This document shows, piece after piece, positions 10,371 through 20,283 of a stretch of 64,000 nt of DNA. Every line of letters starts with the position of its first letter. The first letter of the stretch is position 1. The notes under the pieces are model-generated. The model saw only the letters and a list, made by a program, of their open reading frames with translations. It ran no database searches and had not been told where the DNA came from. The position numbers were made by a program, and so were the translations under genes. The DNA lies in the IMG/VR virus record IMGVR_UViG_3300037046_000297, positions 3,258 through 67,257 of that record. One strand, 5' to 3'. The stretch is from a virus.

Positions 10371-10757
10371 CTACGCGGCTTTGGCTTCTTCATCGCAAAC
10401 GGCCGGATCGAGCACGATGTACTTTTTCTTGAAAGAAACCAGCCCGGTGCTGGCCCGGAACACGCCTGCGAGCTCGTATTGATAGACATGATATGCATAC
10501 GACACGCACGCCCCCTTGCCGTTATAAAAATAAATATCATATGCCTTGTGAGCGTTTTGCGTGACATGAATCATGGTAACGCCATTGACTGCGCAAACAT
10601 CGATCTGCAGGGCATTGTGGCTGCTGAGGATATTGTGCGCCCCAACTTTTTCGAGCGCCTGCACACCGCCCAGGGCAAGAAATATTTCCGTGGGAACATC
10701 GGGATAGAAACGGACATATCCGGCCGGCAAAGAAGCGGGAAAAAAAGATAGCTGCAT
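10371..10757 (-). CDS. Small phage protein of unknown function (paralog B)
   Basis: AGGAGG RBS before ATG at 10757, downstream terminator; IFLALGG...YDIYFY...VYQYELAGVF. Confidence 0.7.
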   Translation of the reverse strand: MQLSFFPASLPAGYVRFYPDVPTEIFLALGGVQALEKVGAHNILSSHNALQIDVCAVNGVTMIHVTQNAHKAYDIYFYNGKGACVSYAYHVYQYELAGVFRASTGLVSFKKKYIVLDPAVCDEEAKAA

Positions 10758-10836
10758 AAGGCACCTCCTGAAGAAATATGTGAAAAATGGAAGCATTGAA
10801 AAACCGCCCTCGGAAACACCGGGAGCACGGCGAGCA

Positions 10837-11247
10837 TTACGGCTGCGGAGCAGGTGCAGCCGGACAGACAGATCGGAACAGATCCGACAGATCGGCGAGC
10901 AGGACATGCTCGACACGCTGAACGACCGAGTTTTGAGAGCCGGAAACCATGCGGAACTCGACGGAACAATGGCCATTGTAGCAGGATACAAAGATAAAAT
11001 TGGCATTGTTGCAGCCTTCGAAAAATAACGATAGAGAAGAAGATGACGCATGCGAATAGCGGGCCTTGAGGCATTTGATAAGCGCCTGGCCCCCGAGTGC
11101 TTGAAAGATTTGGTGAGCAACGGAACCATGGCCCAGGTAAAGCAGCGGATTTGTAGTTGCGCCATCGGAGCGAATATCGAACGGCGGAAGCTTGACACAG
11201 GGAACGCACGGCGAATGAACGGACGGCATACAAAAATTGAGCGACAT
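10837..11247 (-). CDS. Small phage protein of unknown function (paralog A)
   Basis: GGGGGG RBS; IFQALGGQAL...VEF...VLLADLSDLF aligns by eye with the neighbouring gene. Confidence 0.6.
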   Translation of the reverse strand: MSLNFCMPSVHSPCVPCVKLPPFDIRSDGATTNPLLYLGHGSVAHQIFQALGGQALIKCLKARYSHASSSSLSLFFEGCNNANFIFVSCYNGHCSVEFRMVSGSQNSVVQRVEHVLLADLSDLFRSVCPAAPAPQP

Positions 11248-11307
11248 AAGACCCCCCCTATGGTGAAAAGTTGCGCCTGGCCGACACGCCCAGGCACTAT
11301 AAGAAAA

Positions 11308-11323
11308 TGCAAGCTGCGTGCCA
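11308..11323 (-). promoter_or_regulatory. Sigma54 (-24/-12) promoter
   Basis: Minus strand TGGCAC-GCAGC-TTGCA is an exact match to TGGCAC-N5-TTGCW, about 60 bp upstream of the 11247 start, with an AT-rich tract further upstream. Confidence 0.65.
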
Positions 11324-12186
11324 ATTTATGCCACGATATAAGTTTATTATTATATAAAATCAGTTAGTTATAATAACAATAATTAACAAAACAAGCAATT
11401 AAGCCATTGTACAAGATAATGAACGATATGCCCAAAATGGGTTCATTTTTATGAACTATATAATAAATACAATATGTTATGAGTTTATTTATATGTACCG
11501 GAACCCCTGGCGCACGGGCGCCTGAACCCGAAAAGACACCCTTCCCGGACAGCCTGGACACCGGCCGCCGGATGCCGACTGGAACTGGTACCGACACCTG
11601 GCCGCCGATACCGGCAAACCGACAGGAGCACACCCAACAACGACCAGCCGAAAACCCATTTTGACTAAGGATTTTTTAACCGAAAAAACATTCATCACGA
11701 AATATGGGAGGAAAAGATTCAATATGAATTTTGAGCGCTTAGAGTTTTGAGGTTTTGAATAAATAACGGCTAGCCCCCTTCCAATCTTTTGACAAAAAGG
11801 GGGCTGTTATTTTTTTGAAACCGAAAAAGAGCCAAGCGATAGCGCGGCAGGTTGGAACAAAGGATGAACGATACAACACTTCGGCCTCAAATTGACTTTT
11901 TATCCTTTTAGCAAGTGTTGGGGAATTGCATAAATTTCCAGATGGGAAACCCGGCGGCCGCTAGATTTGGTGCAGGGAATCACGGAAAGTGACCGGCCGC
12001 CCCACAACGGACTTGCAAGGAGCAGGCATCCTAACCCCTTTCCTTGCCCGCCGCAGGCGCGTTGTTGAGTCCCGATAGGTCCAGTGGCGCGCCCCGTGCT
12101 TTTTTTGCATGAGGCGTGACACTAACTCTTTACGTTCCGCAGCATCCGGACCTCTCCCCGTCGCATTTTATTCAATCCTTTGTTAG

Positions 12187-14223
12187 CCTGGATTCCCATG
12201 TGTATAACCCAGGCTAACACATTAATTGCGTTGGATTTGATTTTACGCATGGATTAAGCCATAATTTATTAGTCATAATGATAAACTTATAAATATATAG
12301 CAACATAGTTAAAATAAACTTCATTCTCTTTAAATGACAATTATAAAGTGCAATATGGCTTAAATAAAAGCTTTGAGGCCATATTCATTTTCTTCTTTAC
12401 ATATATCCAATAATTTGACATAGTGGATATATGTTTATTGATAAACAAAATAAATTAACAAATGTGGCTAACGCTTTCCTTGAACCGACCAATGCTACCC
12501 ATCGGCAATATGAAGCATTGAGGGCATTTTTTGTCGATAAGCTGCCAAGCAAGGAAGTTGCCAAGCGGTTTGGGTATACCGATGGAAGTTTTCGCGTTCT
12601 TGCCCACCAATTTCGACAAAATCCTCAACGTGAATTCTTTCTCCCCTCAGCAAAAGGACCTCAACAAGCGCCCAAGAAAGACAAGGTGCGGGAAATGGTA
12701 ATCTCAATGCGCAAGCAGAACCTATCGATCTATGACATCGGCAGGATTCTAAAAACAAAGGGTCATGAGATCAGCCCGGTCAGTATTTCCAATATCCTTA
12801 AAGAAGAGGGTTTTTCAAAATTGCCAAGAAGACTGGATGACGAACGTCTTCCTGGTACACAGCCGACTCGCGGCGATGTGGCCGATGTCCGGCAAATTGA
12901 TTTATCCACTCAAAATTTTCGCACCAAGTTCGGTGGTCTTTTCTTGTTTCTGCCCTTTATTGCCACAATACCTTTTGACGACATTATCGATCAGGCTGGA
13001 TTTCCAGGAACCAAGATGGTCCCAGCCGCCTGCGCCATACGCTCGCTTTTGGCCCTGAAGCTTTTCGGATCCGCCCGCCACAGCCACGTCATGAGCTATG
13101 TCCTTGATCAAGGACTTGCCCTGTTTGCCGGGTTAAATATCGTACCCAAACGCGCTTTTCTTACCGAATACAGTTGCCGTGTAGATCCAGCCGTTTATCA
13201 TATTCTGATGCAATCATGGTTTGATGCCATGCAAAGCATAGGCATCGACCGGGGAACTTCTTTTGATCTGGATTTCCATTCCATCCCTTTTCACGGTGAA
13301 GATGCCCTGGTTGAAAAGCATTATATCTCCAAACGCAGCAGAAAGCAGAAAGGGATATTGGTTTTTTTGGCTCAGGATGCAAAAACCCGTGTTTTCTGCT
13401 ATGCCAATGCAGATCTGCGAAAAGATGAACAAAATGATGAAATCCTTCAGTTTGTAGAGTTCTGGAAACAGCGTACCGGAAATTACCCGCAAGAGCTTAT
13501 TTTCGATTCCAAATTGACCACTTACGCAAACCTGAACAAACTCAACCAGATGGGTATTCTCTTTATGACCCTTCGACGACGCTCTCAAAAAATGCTCCAA
13601 CTGATCAACGATGAACCAGTATCGGCTTGGCGTCGGATTGAGCTGGAAAGCGTTTCCCGGATCTATAGAACCCCTCGAATATTGGATCAAAAAATCACGC
13701 TGAAAGATTATCAAGGAGAAATCCGTCAGCTGGTGGTTAAAGATCTGGGCCATGAAGAGCCGATGTTTCTTTTAACAAACCATTTGAAATGCTCGGCAGC
13801 AAAATTGATCAATCGCTATGCCAAAAGAATGATCATAGAAAATCGAATCGAAGACAGCATCGATTTTTTCCATATGGATGCCCTGTCCTCATCGGTTGCC
13901 ATGAAAGTCAATCTCGATGTTCATCTCTCCTTAATGGCCAGTAGCCTTTATCGCTTATTGGCTCTGAAAATCGCAAACGGCTATGAAGATGCCAAATCAA
14001 GTCATCTCTTCAGAGATTTTATTGATGCAACAGGCAATGTCAGAATTACAAAAAAACAAATAACCATCGAGTTTCAAAAACGTGCGCACAATCCTCTACT
14101 TATTGCCGCAGGTTTAAACAATATTGAAACTCGGATACCCTGGCTTAATGATAAAAAACTCCGCATTGTTCTGGGATAATCGCTCCGTGATGTTAAGTCA
14201 AAAAGTTAACATGGGAATCCAGG
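12187..14223 (+). mobile_element. Insertion sequence with DDE transposase
   Basis: Perfect 15-bp TIR CCTGGATTCCCATGT (12187-12201 / 14209-14223); TTAG duplication on both sides; the paralogous empty site near 15481 has a single TTAG. Confidence 0.9.
12431..14179 (+). CDS. DDE transposase (IS4-superfamily-like; family not assigned)
   Basis: N-terminal HTHs; DLDFHSIP, IFDSK, Y-x2-R-x3-E (YAKRMIIE) motifs. Confidence 0.9.
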   Translation: MFIDKQNKLTNVANAFLEPTNATHRQYEALRAFFVDKLPSKEVAKRFGYTDGSFRVLAHQFRQNPQREFFLPSAKGPQQAPKKDKVREMVISMRKQNLSIYDIGRILKTKGHEISPVSISNILKEEGFSKLPRRLDDERLPGTQPTRGDVADVRQIDLSTQNFRTKFGGLFLFLPFIATIPFDDIIDQAGFPGTKMVPAACAIRSLLALKLFGSARHSHVMSYVLDQGLALFAGLNIVPKRAFLTEYSCRVDPAVYHILMQSWFDAMQSIGIDRGTSFDLDFHSIPFHGEDALVEKHYISKRSRKQKGILVFLAQDAKTRVFCYANADLRKDEQNDEILQFVEFWKQRTGNYPQELIFDSKLTTYANLNKLNQMGILFMTLRRRSQKMLQLINDEPVSAWRRIELESVSRIYRTPRILDQKITLKDYQGEIRQLVVKDLGHEEPMFLLTNHLKCSAAKLINRYAKRMIIENRIEDSIDFFHMDALSSSVAMKVNLDVHLSLMASSLYRLLALKIANGYEDAKSSHLFRDFIDATGNVRITKKQITIEFQKRAHNPLLIAAGLNNIETRIPWLNDKKLRIVLG

Positions 14224-17200
14224 TTAGTAAAACTTGCCGACTGCTCCGGCCGTGGCATGTTCCCTCAGCGTGTTGATTGCGCATTGCCGTGCCGGAAAAC
14301 AGTAGTTTGTCCAGGCAACTCTGTCCGTCCCCCGACACCGATGACCGGCTGTTTGGTGATCGGTGCCGCACTCCCCACATCCGGGCTCACCACGTTCCGG
14401 CTTTTTCGTCCCATGCGATGGATACCGAGGCTTTTCGCGAGGTTTCCGGAGCCCGCTCTCCACGTTCAAATCTTTTATCCTGCTTTTAACAGTGGGGTGG
14501 TGGGCGGGCATTATCAATAATGCTTTTATCCTTTTCTGACAGAATTCCGACAGCAGATCGTGGCGCTGCTCACCCTGTTCCCGGCGGCGCGGCCGTTGCG
14601 CGCTTTTTTGCAAGGGCCGTGCCGCGAGCTTCTCACGTTCAGACGGCAGGCTTTTCTCTCGGCGTTTTTCCAATGCCTCGATTTTCTGCACAGCCAGCGC
14701 GCTCCCGGTTTTTTGGGAGCGCGCTGGCCAGTGGCATCCGAGGTTTTTTTTCGTGGCGTCTCACCTAAAGGTCGCTTGAGTACCGCTCCCGGCTTTTTGG
14801 GAGCGGTACTCCGGCACCTAACCCCGCAAACGGCTTTTTTTGGGGCATACCACCAGCTGTCCGCTTTTTTTGCACCGCCAGAGCGCTCCCCGGATTTTTG
14901 GGGAGCGCTCTGGCCCTCGGGCCTGTCGGCTTTTTTTGTGGCGGATCTCAATTGTGGCCTTGAGGCCCGTCACGCAGGCCCTTGCGGAGTGACGGGCCGA
15001 ACTGCACGGCCGAAGCGCTCCCGGGCTTTTTTCGGGAGCGCTTCGGCCCCCTGGGCATGCGGCTTTTTTTTCTTGGCGTTTCACAGGTCGTCGCCTAGGC
15101 GCTCCCCGGTTTTTAGGGGAGCGCCGATCAGCACGGACTGTGGCGTCCCTCATTTTTTTTAAACGTACCGAAAGGTCACTTGCCTACCGCTCCCGGCTTT
15201 TCGGGAGCGGTAGGCCTGCACCTTACTTGGCACGCGGTTTTTTTCTACATCGCATACATTCTTACGTGGACTTGCAGCCCGGTCACGTAGGCCCTTGCGG
15301 AGTGACCGGGCTGCACTGCACCATACGTCCAGTGTGCTCCCGTTTTTATCAAATGGGCTAAGCGGTTGTCGGGGCGGGTGCGCAGGCGGTTTTTTTCAGC
15401 CGCGGAGCGTCCACCCCGGCTGCCGCGCCATCCGTCGTCCCCCAGCACCCGAACATAGACCCGTCGCTTTTTATTCATTCCTTTGTTAGTAAAACGTGCC
15501 GGCAGCCCTGCCGCTCGCGTACCGCCAAACGTCCAGACAGTTCCTTGCCGTGCCCGGATGAAAGTAGTTCGTCGCGTTTCACCACCTGTTCCCCGGCACC
15601 GATGACCGGCTGTTTGGTGATCGATGCCGCACCCCGCACGTCCAGATTCCCCGTACCGGCTTTTCCGTCCCATGCTGCCGGTTGCCGCGTCTTTTTGCGC
15701 GGTATCCGGCGGCACGCACCTTACGTCCCGAGTTTCCCCGGTTTTTTGGGCCGTCACTGCGTCGGGTACCGCGGCCTTTTGCGGTTCCCGAAAGCAAGCT
15801 CAGCACGTGGGGTGGTGGGCGGGTATTATCGAATAATGCTTTTATCCTTTTCTGATGAAGCGAAGCGACTCCACCGGCAGAAAGGTTGTGCGGAGCGAGC
15901 AAGAGGACGCATAAGGCCCTGGGGCAAGTCGCTGCGTTCGGCACGGCTGATAAGAGCTCTTATCAGCCGTGGCTTTTTGTCATGCTGGGTGCAAAAAGCC
16001 GCACCCATCCCGCCAAAAACCTCCCCTCACTTCGCTAGACATAACACGCATTATGTCTCCTTGCCCCAGGGCCTTATGCGGCCGGGCACACAAAAGAAGG
16101 GAATCAAACTGACTTTTTATTCCGCCAGCAGATCGTGGCCATGCGCATCACTTCCCGGCGGCGCGGCCGTTGCGCGCTTTTCTGCAAGGGCCGCGCCGCG
16201 TGCCCCTCACGTCCAGACAGCGGGCTTTTCACTCGGCGTTCCCCGGTGTTCCGATTTTTGCACAGCCAGTGCGCTCCCGGCTTTTTGGGAGCGCACTGGC
16301 CCGCGGCGTCCGAGGCTTTTTTGATGGCGTCTTACCGTAAGGTCACTTGAGTACCGCTCCCGGTTTTTTGGGAGCGGTACTCTTACACTGAATGTGCAAG
16401 CTCGTCTTTTCCCTGGCGTCTCTCGGTAGCGGACTTGAGGCCCGTCACGTAGGCCCTTGCGGAGTGACGGGCCGAACTGCTCAGCCGAAGCGCTCCCCGG
16501 CAGTTTGGGGAGCGCTTCGGCCGTGACGCTGCGGCTGTTTTTTTTCGTGGCCCTGCACCAAAGGTCGCTTGAGTACCGCTCCCGGCTTTTTGGGAGCGGT
16601 ACTTCGCTGCTGAACGTGGCCCTTGCGGCTGTTGTTTTTTTGGTCACGGCACAAAAGGTCGATTGCCTACCGCTCACGTAGGCTCTTGCGGAGTGAGCGG
16701 TAGGCCTGCACCTTACGCCCGCCTGTGTTTTTTTTCGTGGCGCACGCAACCATACGTGGACTTGAGGCCGGTCACGACCAGTTGGGAGTGACCGGCCGAA
16801 TCGCACTTCATATGGCACTGTTCCGGTCCTTGTTTTTTTTCGTGGCATCCCCCGATAGTGGACTTGCAGCCCGCTCACGTAGGCCCTTGCGGAGTGAGCG
16901 GGCTGCACTGCACCACACGTCCAGGGCGGGCTTTTGCTTTTATCAAATAGGTTCAGCGGCTGTCGGGGCGGGTGCGGAGGCAGCATTTTCAGCGCGGAGC
17001 ATCCGCCCCGGCTGCCGCGTCATCCACGGAGCGAGGGGCTGGCAAAGCCAATACAACTTTGCCTGTCCCGCGCGACCCCTCAAAGGGGTGGTGGTCGGGC
17101 ATTGTCAAAAATGACGGAGCACGGCCGCAGAGCAGCCAATACAACTGCGGCGTGGCCGCGCGACTCCTTCAGCGTTTTGAATGAACGCATTGCACCCAAT

Positions 17201-18259
17201 TTCGTCGAGGTGCGGCCGGGCAGTTTTGTGTCCGGACGCGCCGGTCAACTTCGTCAGAACGCCTATCGGCTTTTGCTTTTCCGTCCAGACTGAAAGGTCG
17301 TCGCATAGGTGCTCCCGTGCTTTTCGGGAGCGCCGGCCAGCACCTGGCAGTGGCGCAGCGGCTTTTTATCAAATGATGTTGAAGCCAGTCACGTAGCGGA
17401 GCGGAGTGTCTGGCGCCTCCTTATTGCTTTTTTGTCCAAACTGAAAGGTCGATTGATAGGCGCTCCCCGGTTTTTTGGGGAGCGCCGGTCAGCTTCTCAC
17501 GTGGCCCTGCGGCTTTTGCTTTTCCGCGGCGTCTCTCGAAAGTGGCCTTGCAACCCGGTCACGACCGCTGTTTGGGAGTGACCGGGTTGCTCTGCACCAC
17601 ACGCGGCGTCCTGGCTTTTTCGTGGCATTCCACGATAGTTGTGATTTGAAGGCGGTCACGTAGCGGAGCGGAGTGTCCGCCTGAACGGCACCGCATGTGG
17701 CGTCATAGCTTTCCGTGGTGCTCCCAGGAAGGCCGCCTTGAGGCCCGTCACGTAGTGAAGCGAAGTGACGGGCCGAACTGCCTTTCACGTGGCGCCAGGG
17801 CTTTTGCTTTTCAGTTGCGTCTCTCGATAGTGGCCTTGAGGCCAGTCACGACCTGTTGGGAGTGACTGGCCGAATGTATCTCACGTGATCTTGTATCGCG
17901 CCTTTAGGCGCGTTATCCTTGCCGACGGGTGCTTTTCTCCCGGCGGGAGTCAACTACATGAAGTAGAACGCGGGCACGCAATACCGAACAGTCATGTCAT
18001 TGACTCGCGAGCGTTAGGGGGGCTGGAGGGAAGTCTTCGGCGGCTTTTTGCCGAAGACCGGAGCGAAGCGGAGCCGGAAGACACCCGACGGCGAAGCCGG
18101 AACGCCCGTCTCATTTTGCTGTATAGCAGCTACCACTACCATATACACTTGCACACCCACTACCACATCAACATCCACCACCAGATCCACCACAACAACA
18201 CCCACGCGTAGGCGCTAGCGGAGAAATGAAACAACAATAACAACCACGGCCAAAGCGGT

Positions 18260-18289
18260 GCTTTTGCTTTTGCTTTTGCTTTTGCTTTT
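18260..18289 (+). repeat. (GCTTTT)5 tandem repeat
   Basis: Directly visible. Confidence 0.9.
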
Positions 18290-18907
18290 TCGTCCACCAG
18301 GCACCACTAGTTCCAGCGGCGCGACCCTTGCAAGCTTTTCTGCAAGGGGCGTGACGCCTTCACTTCACCTGGCGCGCCACTATCAAATACCAATGCCTTT
18401 ATCCACTTTTTGACGGAGCGAAGCGACACCGCAAGCAGAAAGAGGGCACGGCACCACACGCCCCTGCGGCGCGACCCTTGCTTGCTTTTTTTCGCAAGGT
18501 GCGCGACGCCAGCTCATCACTTCCGGGCTTCACCCAGGCGCAACACACCCGAAAGTTCGTATAAGTCACATCACGTCCAGGCTTCCACCATCAAACTGAC
18601 CCGATCCGAAAGCAGATATACCGCAACAAAACCAAAGTCCAAGCGGCGCGCCCCTTGCGTTCTTTTCTTTTTGCAAGGGGCGTGACGTCAGCACCGTCAG
18701 CGCACTTGCTTCCATCTTCGGCCTTCTGCACACTTGCCTTCGGGTTCAACCATCACCCGCCTTCCGCCACCTTTCCTTCAACATCTGCTACCTGCGTCAC
18801 CACCACTGTCAGCCCCAGGCACCTGGTTTCATTGATAGCGCACTTACCTTCCTTCAGCCACCTGCCTTCATCTTCAGCGTCATTTCGTCGTCACTTACGT
18901 CAAAAAT

Positions 18908-18949
18908 GGGTCCTTCCCACACATAGAAATACATACGGGTGCCCCACTT
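18908..18949 (+). other. Lambda-like cos site (cosQ plus cosN)
   Basis: GGGTCCT, then 19 nt, then TACG, then the 12-mer GGTGCCCCACTT; same spacing as lambda GGGTCCT-N19-TACG-GGGCGGCGACCT; the prophage encodes a GpA terminase. Confidence 0.7.
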
Positions 18950-19542
18950 GCACCATTCCCCCAGATTTCCCCCAAAAACCATTATAAAGCGGAAGACCCA
19001 TGAGCAAAAAGGTCTTTAATACCGCTGTAAATGCCCTTGCGAAGGCAGGTAGATATTTTTAACGAGACACTTTCACTCGGCACAAGCGACAGAAGCAGAG
19101 AATGAAGCCTTTGTTCCCGACGGCGCCGGGGGTTTCAACGTCGCAATCAACCCCCCCGTTACCTTACAGGCGGGTTCAACTGCAAGGCACTAGTATCCCT
19201 ATATTATGGTTGATGGACTGGTTACGGGATCAAGAAAACGTAGGAAGATTGATCATGCAAGCGTGATTGCCCAACACGGACTGCCATCTCTGGGACAAAC
19301 CGTATCGGTCGAATCATGAGCCCTGCCCTAAAACATCAAGGCCGTGTTCTCTTTTTGACCATGCAATGAGATTAACAACGCCGACGGCGCATTCGACCTG
19401 ACTGGACTTAGAGCGATGGAGCTATATGAACCGGAAAAATGATTTGAGATGGGAGTGTTTGAACTTTACGCAAAATGTAACATACTATCGGTATCATTAA
19501 TATTTCCAAACCGTCCAATACTCAACAGTAGGATAACATTTC

Positions 19543-19604
19543 ATTGAACGCTGGGCATCAGCAGGCGCACGCTTTTTGCGATCTGCAGTATGCCCTTGTT
19601 AGCA
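19543..19604 (-). other. attC site
   Basis: Minus strand TGCTAAC...GTTCAAT with an imperfect stem; R'' TGCTAAC is complementary to this cassette's entry core GTTAGCA (20236-20242). Confidence 0.8.
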
Positions 19605-19667
19605 ATACATTTTTGAGATTCAGGTAAAGATCATTCACAATGGTATTCACCATATATACAGAAATCA

Positions 19668-20219
19668 TTAGCTGAAAATAAGTTCTGATATATCGTTAAA
19701 TTGTTCTCTGAGCTGCTTCAATTCACGTAGGAATGAAGACGGTTCAAACCCGTTCGGTCCAGACCATGGTTGTCCTTCCTTATTCTGTGGGTATCTGAAT
19801 TTTTGAGCATGAGGATTGTCCTTCTCCATATTTTCAATTATGATTTTATATTTTTTTACTTTGTCTGGCTCGATATTAGAAAAATCAGGTTCCTCTGATG
19901 TAAATAGAAGACGGAACCTGTATTTTTTTCCTTGATAGAGATTTTTGTATCTGTTGTTAAGAATTCCGATGTTATGTGTTGACCCCACATTTTCCTCGGG
20001 AACCGATTTTAGAATTGCGCCCTTTAGAAATAATTCGGTTGCGTGAAATGCAAGATACAATACAACGGAGCCCCTTACATATGTTGCCTTCTTGGTCGAT
20101 CTTGCCAATACAGTACATAAGCGAATAGCAGAATCGAGATATGCGTTTGAAAATACCGAAAACTGCTCAGGCACAGACAAATTCACAACTTCGTAGTCGA
20201 CTAACATGTTCCACTCCAT
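19668..20219 (-). CDS. Cassette-borne HEPN-like protein
   Basis: YLAFHATELFLKG, THNI, FRYP motifs. Confidence 0.65.
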   Translation of the reverse strand: MEWNMLVDYEVVNLSVPEQFSVFSNAYLDSAIRLCTVLARSTKKATYVRGSVVLYLAFHATELFLKGAILKSVPEENVGSTHNIGILNNRYKNLYQGKKYRFRLLFTSEEPDFSNIEPDKVKKYKIIIENMEKDNPHAQKFRYPQNKEGQPWSGPNGFEPSSFLRELKQLREQFNDISELIFS

Positions 20220-20235
20220 GGATTGTCTCTCACTC

Positions 20236-20283
20236 TGCTAACTCGAAAATCACCGGTTTATCTGGTGCATTTACTTGTTGGAA
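20236..20283 (-). other. Short attC site
   Basis: Minus strand TTCCAAC...GTTAGCA with inner CACCAG/CCGGTG stem. Confidence 0.6.

Larger units (their letters stand above)
11890..18900. repeat. Non-coding modular hairpin array with higher-order duplication (interrupted by an IS)
   Basis: More than 30 GC-rich inverted repeats in about 5 families, ~85-100 bp spacing in the core, T-runs on the + strand, no credible ORFs. Confidence 0.85.

Noticed and set aside
10371-11324. 317-aa ORF from the track
   Set aside because: Only the last 128 aa have an RBS and protein-like sequence; the upstream part overlaps a better gene in another frame
14690-17870. CRISPR array
   Set aside because: No identical direct repeat alternating with constant-length unique spacers, and no cas genes; units fall into several degenerate families
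14690-17870. Array of empty attC sites continuing the integron
   Set aside because: The hairpins lack AAC...GTT terminal boxes and attC-type bulges
18170-18310. Chi-like CTGGTGG motifs near the predicted genome end
   Set aside because: Not full GCTGGTGG, on the wrong strand for entry from that end, and the host Chi sequence is unknown
14198-18987. Many overlapping ORFs in all six frames
   Set aside because: Arg/Pro/Ala-rich translations of GC-rich palindromes, with no RBS or recognisable motifs
19462-19505. dif-like site
   Set aside because: Only a XerD-like half (GTATGTTACAT on the minus strand); the XerC half matches poorly
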